Shown here: piece by piece, positions 49,415 to 61,479 of the stretch | Numbering within the stretch: position 1 is the stretch's first letter | How the letters are laid out: each line of letters opens with the position of its first letter | Assembly (NCBI GenBank): GCA_010093995.1 | Contig: ML992502.1 | Span: forward strand, 62,001-126,000 | Length of the DNA: 64,000 bases | Origin: Elsinoe ampelina | Taxonomy: Eukaryota | Direction: 5' to 3' | The notes under the pieces: generated by a model | Databases searched by the model: none | Told to the model about the DNA's origin: nothing | The model's input: the letters and a program-made list of their open reading frames with translations, nothing else | Translations under genes and position numbers: made by a program

Positions 49415-49999
49415 TTAATAATTAGAGAAAGTAAGTAGGTAGTACTTATTATAATATTTCTTAGCAAGCTAAGAGTCTTTCTATATAATAGTATAATACT
49501 TAGCATAGATAGTGTTAAGATTATAGTCTACTATAGTTATTAGTATAAGGTATTATATATTCTAAATATATAGTTAATATACCTTCGAAATATTCTACTA
49601 GTATTGTCTTACTTACTTTCTAGAGATACTTAATAGTATCTAGCGTAAAGCGTAAATCTTTACTTATAAGTGTTAACTTAATATCTTACGTAATGTTATA
49701 AATAATATAGAAGAAGAGGAGCTTATATATAAGAAGTTTAGTTATCTTCTAGTAGCGATAAATCTCTTAGAGGGTAATAGCTATACTATATTAGATATAA
49801 GACTATAAGAATTTACTATAAGAAACTAACTACCTAGCTTAAACCTATAGCTCTTCGCCTAGTAAATTTATCTAGTTAATACTAGTCTAAATTTTGTTAC
49901 GTAACTACCTATAGTAGACTTTTTAGTAGTAGTTTTCTTAGCGCCTTACTTCCTTAGCTTTACCCTTTTTAGAGGTGTTACTTACTTCTTACGAGCTAT
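49415..49999 (-). pseudogene. Histone H3-like gene captured in the hAT, RIP-inactivated, 3 exons
   Basis: Exons 49999-49831, 49780-49583, 49527-~49415; literal reading ..YRFKLG|TITL*EIYRY*KITKLLIYKLLF..DLRF..L*KVSKTILVEYFE|DYNLNTIYAK..TII*KDS*LA converts by C>T/G>A reversals to [63 protein letters not shown]. Confidence 0.9.
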
Positions 50000-50375
50000 A
50001 GCTATATAAATTTATTAAATTAATTGTTAAAATTTGTTTATAAAGGTAAAGAAGAGTAAGGCGAAAATACTAAGAGTAAGATATTAAGCCTTATTAAGGA
50101 ATTTATAATAGTATATAGAATATAAATTTCGTATTGTTATTCTCTACTATAACAACTTTATATTAACAATATTAACAACTTTATATTAGTATAATAATAG
50201 AATAAATACCTATTGTTACTTATATTTCTAGCTACTCTATTTACTATATATATAAGAAATACTAAATTCTTCTCTCTTTATCTTCTCTTTATAAAACTTA
50301 TATCTTATATCTCGCTCCCTATTATACTTAATATTCTACCTTCTCTTATAAATTACTACTAATTCTCGATCTATA

Positions 50376-51647
50376 ATGTCTACTAATCCTATAGATTAGT
50401 AAACCTTTAGTAAAGAGGAAGAGATAACTAATACTCTAGTAATTAAGACTAAAGAAATAACTAAGGAAGAGAAAGTAATTCTTACTATAATAGGAGTAAT
50501 TCTTATAGATACTTCTTATAGTTAAATACTAACTAGACTATAGAGTTTTAATTCTAAGGCTAATAAGATTAAATACTAGATTAAAAATCGCTCTTAGAAT
50601 ACTAGAACTTCTTACTATAGCTACTCCCTTAGAATTCTATAGTAGAAAGTATAGCTTAGTAATACCTAGTAAGTAATTTAGTAAAGAGATTACGCTATAT
50701 AAGCTAGTATAGAGAAGAAAGCTCTTACTACTACTAGTAATGCTAATTGCTCTATAAAATATACACTTAAGGCAAAACTTAAGAACTCTAAGGAATTCTA
50801 AGTAATATTTAATAAGAAGAAAGAAGCTACCTTTAATATAGTATACGAGAAGATAGTAGAGACTCGCTATTATACCTAGTAGAGTAGTATATTTCTTATA
50901 GCATATTCTTATAGTATATCTACTAATTCTATATAGGGGAATAGTTAGAGGACAAGTTTATATCTATTTACTAAAAATAGAGTAGTATCTATAAAGCTAA
51001 TACTCTCCTTTACTATAAGTAACTCCTTACTAATTATATAAAGAAGATACTCTATAATAAGACAAATATATTTCTAAATTGCTAAGTAAAACATCTTCTT
51101 AGTACTAGCGGAATTCTTAAGAAATAGACCTATAAGATCTACTACGACAGTGTTAACTTACTATATAATACTAGTAACTATAATAATAGTAACTAAGCTA
51201 AGTTTAAGAAGTTTATTAAGAATATAATACCTACTAAACTCTAAGTAGTATAGGTAGATAATTAGGTATATATTATTTCTTATAGTTATTTCTTATAGTT
51301 ATATACTAATCTATCGAAGCAAATATAAACCTACTCCCGAACTAGAATTTAAGTACAAGAATAATAATATTTTACTTAAATCTAATAATTACTATGTTAA
51401 GTATAGTAATAACAAGGTTAAAGAAGAAGTTAAGAATAACTCTAAGATTAAGAACCTTCTTAATAAGAAACTTAATAAGTATAAGACTAAGGAAGTAGCT
51501 AAAATATACTATAAGGTAGTTACTACTAGAGACTTTAATAATTCTAATTAAGAGAATTAGGATAAAGATAATAATAAGGCAATAGATAAGAGTAATAATA
51601 ATAATAAGAAGAGTAAGAGTAAGAATAATATAGATAAGAATAAATAG
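50376..51647 (+). pseudogene. Second hAT cargo gene of unknown family with inferred acidic C-terminal tail, RIP-destroyed
   Basis: ATG at 50376; frame interrupted only by TAA/TAG (RIP-type) stops; intron-like segments 50887-50936 and 51266-51319; gat-aat-aat-aag runs at ~51540-51647 de-RIP to D/E tracts. Confidence 0.55.
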
Positions 51648-51821
51648 ATTAACCTTAAGTTAGGAAAATTAGACTATAGTTTTAGTAGCTTTCTAGTTCT
51701 ATACTATTAAAAATTTTTTAATCTACAAATTAAGAGTAGCTAATAGATTCTTATAGAGTATTCTTATAGTCTTCTACTTCTTATTATATAGCTAGTAATA
51801 TTCTATATTTCTATTCTTAAA

Positions 51822-54600
51822 ATGTTAGTGTTTAATAAAGACTTAGTTAATCCTTAACTATAGATACTCTTAGAAGTTGTTACGCTACTACTACCTCTCC
51901 TTTACGAGCTTAAAGAGTTCTATATTAATTACTAGAATAATCTATTCTCTACTCGATTCTATAAAACTATTAAAATTATTAGCTATCTACTCTACTAACT
52001 AGATATACTACTCGAAGAATAGCTAGCTATATAAGCCTAGAAAATATAGTAGCCTATAATATTAATAGGTAGCGAATTAAGAGTTAGCGAAATACGAAAC
52101 CTACTAAACTAAAATTCTATAACCCGCTATAGAGTTATTTAGACTAACTTTAATAAAGGTACTAAGCTCGCTAATAAAATACCTCTTATATATTATCTCT
52201 ACTATAGTAGAGCTTTATAACACTTAATAACGAACTTAATTAGTAATAAACACCTAATAAAACATCTTAGACACTAAAGCTACTAGAATATAAAATCTCC
52301 TAGCTATAAATAATTAGTAGCTTAGATAGCTCTAACGTAATTAAAAGCGAATACTACTAGCACTATATCTTATATACTATAATTCTCCCTAGAACAATTT
52401 AAAAAAGAGCTTATTAAGGTCCTTATTAATTATAATTAGTTATTCCGAATAGTTAATAATTCCTCCTTTCTCTAATTTATATATTTCCTCTAGCTATATA
52501 CTAATATTCTAAGTTAGACGTAGGCCTTAAGACTATTAAAAGAGCACTATAAGGACATTTAGTCTAATCTTCTTACTAATCTTAGTAGTTAGACGAAAGT
52601 TTTAATTACGCTAGATAGCTAGTCTATAAATAACTATCTAAGTTTTATAGCTATAAAGGTATACTATATTAATAATAACTAGTAAGTATATAAGTGCCTA
52701 CTAGATTTTATACTAATTAGTAGATAGTATACTAGAGTTATACTTAGTATAGAACTACTAAGAGTTCTAAATAAAAAAAAGATTAACATATATCTTCTTA
52801 CTATTATAGTAGACAATATAAGTAACAATAATACTCTACGATCTAAAGTATAATAAGGTCTTAAGAAGAAGAGTATATACTAGTTCTCTATTAAGAATAT
52901 AATTCTATATCTAGCCTATGTAATTAATCTTATTATATAAGATATTATTTAAGCTCTATAGCTAGAAACTACCGAGGATAATAAGAAAGCTAATAAGCTT
53001 AAGAAGTAGTATCTCTATAATATTTAAATAACTCTATTAGTTCCGAATTCTCTTTATAAAGTAAGTTATATTTCTTATAGTTCTTTCTTATAGTTTTTTA
53101 ACTAATTTTAAAGCTCTATATAATTTATATTATAATTAACTAATCCCCTTAACGCTACTAACACTTTAAATCTCTTTAAGTATATCTACCTCCTTATAAA
53201 TAACTCTTAGTCGTTTAGGACGTTTATACCTATTAGAACTTAATATATAATATATATAAGCGAGCTATTAAACTTTAACTAATTATTAATAAATAGCTTA
53301 ACGTAGAGATTATAATTGTATATAAGCCCTAAACTAATAAAGCGCTAGCTAATTAAGATATAGTATCTATTAATTACATAGATATAAAACACCTTTACTT
53401 TAGCTATACTAAATAGGCATATCTAAAGATTGTTATCTAAATACTAGAGAATTTTAAGAATATAACTAACTAGCTAAGTTAGTCTTATACGCTATTAGTA
53501 TAATATATATAGCTTATGTATAATACTCTTTTTAACTTTCTTAACGTAGTTAAGTCTACTTAGGAAGAGAATAATAACTTAGACTAGCTATTAGTTATAT
53601 AAAATGTAGTAAAAGCTAGTTATACTAAGCTTTCTAAGTATTATAAGTAAACGAGTAAAGGTTAAGGTTTCTTGTTTAATTATAGTATAATTTTAAATCT
53701 AACTTAGAAACTTAGTATATATAAGTATACTTCGTAGGAACTACATTTTAAATCGCTTTACTATAAATAGTTCCTTAACTACCTTAATTACTATAATAAT
53801 AACTACTCTCCTTAAACTACTCTTCTATCTCCTCTACTAGCCTTATCTATTACTTACTAGTTTAAGAAGCTTTCCTTATTAAATACGAGAAGTAGCTTTA
53901 TACCTCTAGTATCTAGCTAAGATAATACACTTTTATAAGAGTAGAGTAATATCTATATAATAAGAATAGAAGGAGAGAATTACCTTAGAACTTCGCCTAT
54001 ATAGGAAATATCGGAATTTAATATTCTTTCTTAGTAGAAAGAAAATAAGTACTTATTTCTATAACTAGCTTATATTACTTATAATGTTCTTATAATACTA
54101 ATCGCTAGCGTAGGTATTAAATGTGTTTTAATATAGTAAAGAATGTTATTAGCGATTAAAGGTATAGACTACTTCTATAGATAATCTAATAAATTATAGT
54201 CTCTAAGCTAGTAGAAAATAATCTTTAAAATATCTAATCGGCTAAGACGAACAATTTTACTACTACTAACAATAATACTAATAGTAGGATAAATAGTATA
54301 AGTAACAACTTTAGAGATATTACTATCTATAGTTTAAGTAATAAAGAGATTAACGAGGAAGAAGAGTATAATAAGGACGAAGATCTACTATATAACGTTA
54401 CTAAGGTTAGAGGCTAGTATTTTAAGTATATCTAGTTAATAGTCTCTAAGTAATAATACTCTTATAGTATCTATACTAATACCTACTCTAAAGCACTTCC
54501 GCGCGTATCTTCTCTATTACTATATATAATTCTACCTACTAATACTAATAGTCTCTCTTTGTTAGCTACCCTAAGGAAGCTTATTCCCTTACTCGCTAGT
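51822..54600 (+). pseudogene. hAT transposase, RIP-destroyed (end approximate)
   Basis: De-RIP: BED-like CxxC..KHL, SIALDGWS..FMAVKAHYID, ITADNASNN, IPCLAHVINL, intron 53061-53113, QDVHTRWNSTY, dimerisation domain LSWWKENE..FP.LA..ARDVLAIPIAGVGIERVF. Confidence 0.9.
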
Positions 54601-57600
54601 ATCTTTAATATAACTATATTTGTATCTACATTAGTTATACTAGATTCGCTTATAAAAACATTAACGAGAAAATCGTATAGATCGACTATAATATAAAGGC
54701 TAAAGCTATAACTAATCTCCGCGCTACTTCTCTTATTATTAACCTTAATAACTACTTCCGCTATAGTACCTATAACCTTAGCTAACTTATTACTAACGCT
54801 ACTCTCTATACTATTACTAATATCTACCTTATTATACTCTCGACTTTCTTACTAGGTTTAAGCCTAATAATAGTTAGGTTACTTTCTAGAATAATACTAA
54901 TAGTAAAGAGAATAACGAGGAAGGTACTTCTACCGCTAGTACCGATAGTACTACCTAGAGTAGTAATATAACTACTAGTATAGCTAGAGGTAATATAAAT
55001 ACTTCTACTTTAAGAGCTTATATACACTATTGTTATAGTTAATTTTAGTTACTTACGGGAAGAGATAATATAATTAAGTCTTTATAAAGTATAAGTCTAT
55101 ATTATTAATAACTAACTAAAGCTATTAGCCTACTAACGCTTTAACTACGCTACCTTAATTAGATTAGTTATCGGAAGAAATACTATCGTTACTATCGTTA
55201 ATATAATTTAACTTCTCCTACTTATATTTAATATTATAGCGTATAGTAAAGAGTAAGAGTAGATCTACTCTTCTATTAAGAATAAGACAATTAATAGTAC
55301 GCTACATATTAATTAGGTTAAAGATATTATTAGTCTATAAGATATTATACTAATATTTGTTAGATTATAGAGAAAGATTAGATTAGGAACACCTATAAAG
55401 TTATAAGGAGTATCGTAAGTGTAGTAGGCTTTATAGTAAAGTACTAAACCTCTATAGTTATTATAGATATATTTAGCTTAGATTTTGTAGTTATTATTAA
55501 AGTTAAGATATATAAGAGTTATATAGTAGATATAGGCTTTACACTAACGTAGGTATAAGGGCCTAGCGTAGTTACTAGGAGTTATCTTATAAGGCTAAAA
55601 GGGAATTAGATCTACTAGGTCGAGGTAGAGTTAAGCGTAAGAAGGAGACATTATAGAAGAAAGTATTAAATAACAAGAAAGAGAGGTTTAAGAGAAAGAA
55701 GGAGAAATAGCAACTAAAAGGTATATATATCTAGCATTACCTATTATAAGAACAATAATATAGATAATAGCTATTATCTATTATAAAAAAACAACAATAC
55801 TAATAATAGCTATTGTCGAATAATAGCTATTATTATACTAAGGGATATAAGTAGATTATTAGCTAAGTTACTTCTTTCTCTCCTTAGAAACATTTAAATA
55901 ACTATCTAGTATACCTTTACGTCGCTATAGTATAACTTATACTAACAGTTGCTAGAATTTAAGTAAATCTACTACTATATCTACTACTTACCCCTCTATT
56001 ATTTATTAGGCTAATATTACTTACTATAAATTTATTAATAATCTTTAGGTAGAGATTAAGGCTCTAGATAGCCTTATACTTACTATTAACTAGTAATCTA
56101 ATAGTATTAAGACAATTCGTAACTATACTATAAGTTAGTAAGAAAGCTAAACTACCTAGAACTAATTATTCTAGTCTTAGACTCTACCTAATAGCTTTAG
56201 TACTCCGGTTTACTAGTTAAGAGTTATAATTTATATAAGAGTAAACTTACTAAGGATAGAATATTCTCTAGATAAAGTAGATAATAAGATAATAAAGTAT
56301 TAGTTCTAGGTAGTATATAGCTTACTAGCTAAGTATATAAAATAGACTTATAGAGGTTATATAGATAATATTAATTAGGTTAATCTTCTATAAATTACTA
56401 TTAGGTCGTAATTGTATATAAGAGTTAATAATTAATAACTTTTACTTCTCTCTAGTATTCTTTACCTACTATAACTTTAAGCGTTTAGAGTAGAAAAGTA
56501 ATAAGAGTTATAAGATATAGTAGTTACTATAAGAATTTACTATAAGAATAGCAACCCCGGTATAGTACTAGTAAAGGTACACTAAGGACTTAATAGTACT
56601 ACACTACTTATCTGCCGACCTAACTTAGTACTATACTACGTCTAGAATATATACGACCTAACCTATACTTAGTACTAGTATAGTGCTATTATAGCTATAG
56701 TATAGAGCTAGTACTAGTACTACTAAGCCCTTAGTAGTACTACGCTAGCTAGAGGCCGATCTAAACCCTAGTATAGTACTAAACCTAAAGGGGCTAACTC
56801 TACCCTAATAGTTATACTAATATAAGCTATAAGCGTTTCGCCTATAAAGAGAACTTAGACCTACTATATAAGTATAGAACTTAAGGTAGCTCTTAAGAAA
56901 GAAACTACTACTAGTCTAGTAGTAGCTCTTAAGTTTATCGCGAGTAAGAGGCTACTAACTTATCTACTAAATAGTTTAGTAGGTAAGAGAGCACCTTCGA
57001 GGTATAGAAGAAGAATACTAAGTATTATAGCTATAGTAGAACTAGCTATATTAAGCCGGAGTATAGATCGAAGTACTTATAGAAAGATAAGAAGTTATAG
57101 ATAGTATATAAGGTAGCTACTATAGATAAGGTTAATAACTCTAAGCTAGTAAACTCTAAGAGCTTAGCTAATAAGCGTAACTAAGCTCTACTCTTCTTTT
57201 AATCGATACTTACCTATCGCTACTCTATTATAGCGCTATTATAGCGCCTATAGAGCATAAAGACTATATGTTTCTTATAAATAATTATATAGAAGTTAAT
57301 CTTATATCTTAGGTATTTACTCTTCGTTATAATTTACTAAGAGTTAAGTATACTTAGTATCTAAGTATATCTTTCTTTATAGAGTAAGCCGGATTCTACT
57401 ACGACATATACTAGCTTCGCGTATATCTAGTAGACTTCTATAGTAACCTTAGAGAGATAATTAGCCTCTTCTACGCTATAGACTTAGGACTAGGCTCTCT
57501 AGTTATCTTAGAGCGTCTATAGCGAAGAAGATAATATATAATTATAGATAGCGCTATAGATAACTAGTTATATAGCTACTTCTTATATATAGTTTACTTA

Positions 57601-60600
57601 TATAAACTAGAAGACTTTATAAAGGACCTTAAAAACAAGCTAAGGGTATATACTATAGTATAGACTCTATCTAAGGAGAGTACTTATACTATAGGTAACC
57701 TAGCTTTTCCGCTAGAGTTTATAGAGTTCTTTAATATCTTTATATATAAGAATATTACTAATCTACTATGCCTACTAGGCGTAGAGTATATAATTAAGCT
57801 AGAGCTAGGTAAGAGGCCTCTATTCTAGCTCTTATATAATCTCTCGGTTAAGAAGCTTAAAGTACTTAAGGACTATCTTAAGACTACTTAATTAAATAGG
57901 TAAATTAGGTACTCTATAAGCGAGGTAGATACTTCTATCCTATTTATGCCTAAGAAAGATAGTAGTCTATACTTATACGTAGATTATTAGGGCTTAAACG
58001 AGGTAACTATTAAGAATTACTACCTACTTCTACTTATTAGCGAGACACTTAATTAGCTTAGGTAAGCCTAGTAGTTTTCGAAGTTAGATCTTAAAGATAC
58101 CTACTATAGGATCTCTATTAAGTATAGCGATAAGTAGAAGACTATATTCTACACGTACTATAGCTATTTTAAGTATCTAGTTATACTCTTTAGATTAACT
58201 AACGCCTCTACTACCTTTTAAGTATATATTAATAAGGCATTAGGGGAGCTAGTTAATAATATTTATATTATCTACCTCGATAATATTCTTATCTATAGTA
58301 ACTTAAGAGAGAACTATATATACTATATATATAAGATCCTTATAAGACTATAGAAGTTTATATTATATACTAGCCTTAAGAAGTATAAATTCTTTACTAA
58401 GGAGGTAGAATTCCTTAGCTATATTATCTCTACTATAGGCGTCTTAATAGATCTAAGTAAAGTAACTATAATTAAGAATTAGCTAAAGCTAAAAAGCTAT
58501 TATAAAGTTTAATAGTTTATAGGCTTTATAAACTTCTACTAGCGCTTTATATAATACTACTCTAAGATTATTACTTCTCTCTTTAGCCTTCTTAAAGGCT
58601 TAGTTAAAGGTCGTAAGTATAGCTCTTTTATGTAAGGTATAAGTAAATAGTAGACATTTAAGAACATTAAAGATACTTTTATACGTGCCTCTATTCTTCG
58701 CTACTATAATTCTATACTGCCTTTATATATTAAAAGTAATATATCGAAATTTGTAGTAGTAGCTATACTATTATAGCTATTTAATAGTGCTTAGTACTCT
58801 ATTGCCTTCTAGTTAAGAAAGATAATTCCTACTAAATATAACTATAAAACGTATAATTAAGAGCTATTAGTAATTATATATTTATTTAAGTAATAGTAAT
58901 ACTACCTCGAGAGTATCTTATATATAATCTAAGTACTTACTAACTATAATAACCTTCGAGGATTTATAAAGCTAAAATAGCTAAATAGCTAATAAGCTTA
59001 CTAGGTAACCTTCCTTACTACTTTTAACTTTACGATAGAGTATTAGCTAGGCATAAGAAACCTAGCTAATACACCTTCGAGGCGCTCTAACTACGTAGCG
59101 AAAGAGTAAAAGGTATTATACCTCCTTTCTACTCTTTAGAATAAGCTTCGTATATAGGACTAGACTACTAACGTTAAGAAAGCTACTTCGCTTATTAGAT
59201 ATATCTACGCTATATATAAGGCTACTCTAGAATAGGCCTAGGCTACCTATACGCCGTATAGTAGCGACTTCTCTTCTAAGAACTCCTAGAGGCTTATAAT
59301 AACCTAGCGAGTTATAGTTATAGTAACTATAAGGGAGAATCCCTTTAAAGATCTATCTACTAATCTAATATTAGTAGTAGAGCTACTATAAGGATAAGAC
59401 CCCGAGATTATAAAGCTATATTTATAAGTAGAGAGTAGTAGAGACAAGAGTAAGGCGCTATAGAACCTATAAGATAACCTCTTATTCTACTAGAATATAT
59501 TAGTTATTCTAAATAATAGTACCTTAAGAGCGTAGGTACTATATATATACTATAATAGTAAATAGGCTAGTTACTTTAGTAAAGATAAGACACTTTATCT
59601 CCTCTTATAGAAATACTTCTAGCTAACTATAAGAAAAGACATTAATAACTATATATAGTTATACTAAGTATACTAAAAATATAAGGCGTACTACTATTAC
59701 CTCTATAGTAAGCTATATACGCTACTAATGCTAGACTACCTATAGTAAGAAATTATAATAGATTTTATTACTAACCTACTACTAAGTAAGTAAGGTAGTA
59801 GCGTCTATAATATAGTACTAGTAATTATAGATCGTTATACTAAGATATTACTATATGTCTCTACTACTAAGAAGTATACGTTTATAGAGCTAGTAGAGAT
59901 TCTACGTAACTATATTATTCACTATTATAGTATTCTAAGGGGAATAGTAAGTAATTAAGAATCGGTCTTTACTAGCTAGTTCTAGAGTAAATTCTGTTAC
60001 GAAACATATATAAAGCGTAGGCTTAGTATAGCCTTTTACCCGTAGATAGATAGTTAAACTAAGTAGTAAAACTAGACGTTAGAATAGTACCTAAGGTACT
60101 ACTATATAGAGCTATAGAATAACTAGACTAAATATCTATTATAAGCGGAATTTATAAGTAATAATAGCGTTTATACTACGCTACGTATAAGCCTCTTCTA
60201 AATAATATATAGCTACTATCTAGAGTTAGAGGTAATAGTTATTAAGTCTTAGAATAAGACTTTAAGGAGAAGAGTACTAGTAGTAGTAGAGTTAGTATAA
60301 CACTTACGAGATATATATATAAAGCTAATAGAGTAATAGAAAGAGGCTTCTACCTACTAGGCTAAGTACTATAATAGGAAGTATACGCTAAGGGTATATA
60401 GTATAGGTAACTTAGTACTACTCTTAGCTAAGAACTTATAGCTACCTATACTAAAGAAGAAGATAGAACTATAATTCCTTAGCCTATTTCGTATACTTAA
60501 CACAATCGAATTATAGGTATATCGCCTAGCTTTACTAAGTTAATATTATATCTATAATGTCTTTTATATATTTCTTCTCGAACTATAGATAGGTAGAGCT

Positions 60601-61479
60601 AGTAAGGAGCTAGAAAAGAGTATACCTCTTACTAATAAAGTAAATAAGTAGATAGTAGAGAAGATCCTAGGTAGAAGAACTATAAAGAGTAAAGTATTCT
60701 ACTTAGTAAAGTAGAAGGACTAGCCTATTAAGTTTAATAGCTAGGAACCTAAAGAGAATTATATAAATATAGGAGAGCTAATTACTATATATAAGTCGTA
60801 GCTAAGAGTAGCTAAGAAAAGTCGCTAAAGGTGTAGATTATAGAGCATATAAGTAGACAGATTATATAAATACATAAATAGAGTAAAGAGTAGACTTCTT
60901 ATCTAGGGAAATACATTTTAATAAAGTACTACGCTTATACTACTATTACAGGTATTAACCTAAACTCTATACTCTATTATACTCTATATAAGGCCTTATT
61001 ATAGGTATAGTGCTAGAGATATATACCTAGCTTATATATGCCTACTTGTTCTTATTACTATCCTCGTCTACCTCTATACTAAGATTCTCCCCTATAGGTA
61101 CTATAGGAGCTATAAGCTACCTACTAGCTATAATATAGTTAATTTTAGTAGTAGAACTACTAGAGTTATATACTATCTAAACCTATTAGCTATATTTATA
61201 ACGTATAAGGAGTATAGTCTAACTTACCTCCTTACTAATAGTAATTAAGCTATAAAGGCTATACTTAATCTTCTATAGCTTCTTAACCTTCTTATACTCG
61301 AGCGCGACACTACTAAGTAAGCTACCTATAGGCCTTATATAAGGAGTCGAGACCTTACTAACAATCTTATTCTTATTAGTGTAGTATACCTTAAGTATAG
61401 TCTTAAACTTCTTAACCTTAGGGACATTCTTATAGGCTATAGTATATATATACTTCTTAGCTATAGTAATACCGGCCTA

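Larger units (their letters stand above)
48972..56819. mobile_element. 7848-bp hAT DNA transposon carrying cargo genes, RIP-inactivated
   Basis: 26-bp TIRs TAGTATAACTGTTAGAGCAGAGTTAG / ctaactctaccctaatagttatacta (transition mismatches only); perfect 8-bp TSD ATATAAGC at 48964-48971 and 56820-56827; TAGTAC-rich subterminal repeats; hAT transposase relic. Confidence 0.95.
47906..61479 (+). mobile_element. RIP-destroyed Ty3/Gypsy chromovirus, split by the hAT insertion; 3' LTR not in window
   Basis: Putative 5' LTR ~47906-48051; gag ~48100-48970 (de-RIP YQGKTLKEARFFLKDLEVIF..); pol ~56830-60828 with PKKDGSLRLCVDYRGLN, YLD(D) 58273-58284, RNase H, integrase, and C-terminal chromodomain (VEKIL..YLVKWK.W...SWEP) ~60640-60790. 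Confidence 0.9.

Noticed and set aside
49415..49999. Possibility that this is the host's functional H3 or CenH3 locus
   Set aside because: ATG mutated to ATA, multiple RIP stops, and it lies within transposon TIRs/TSD
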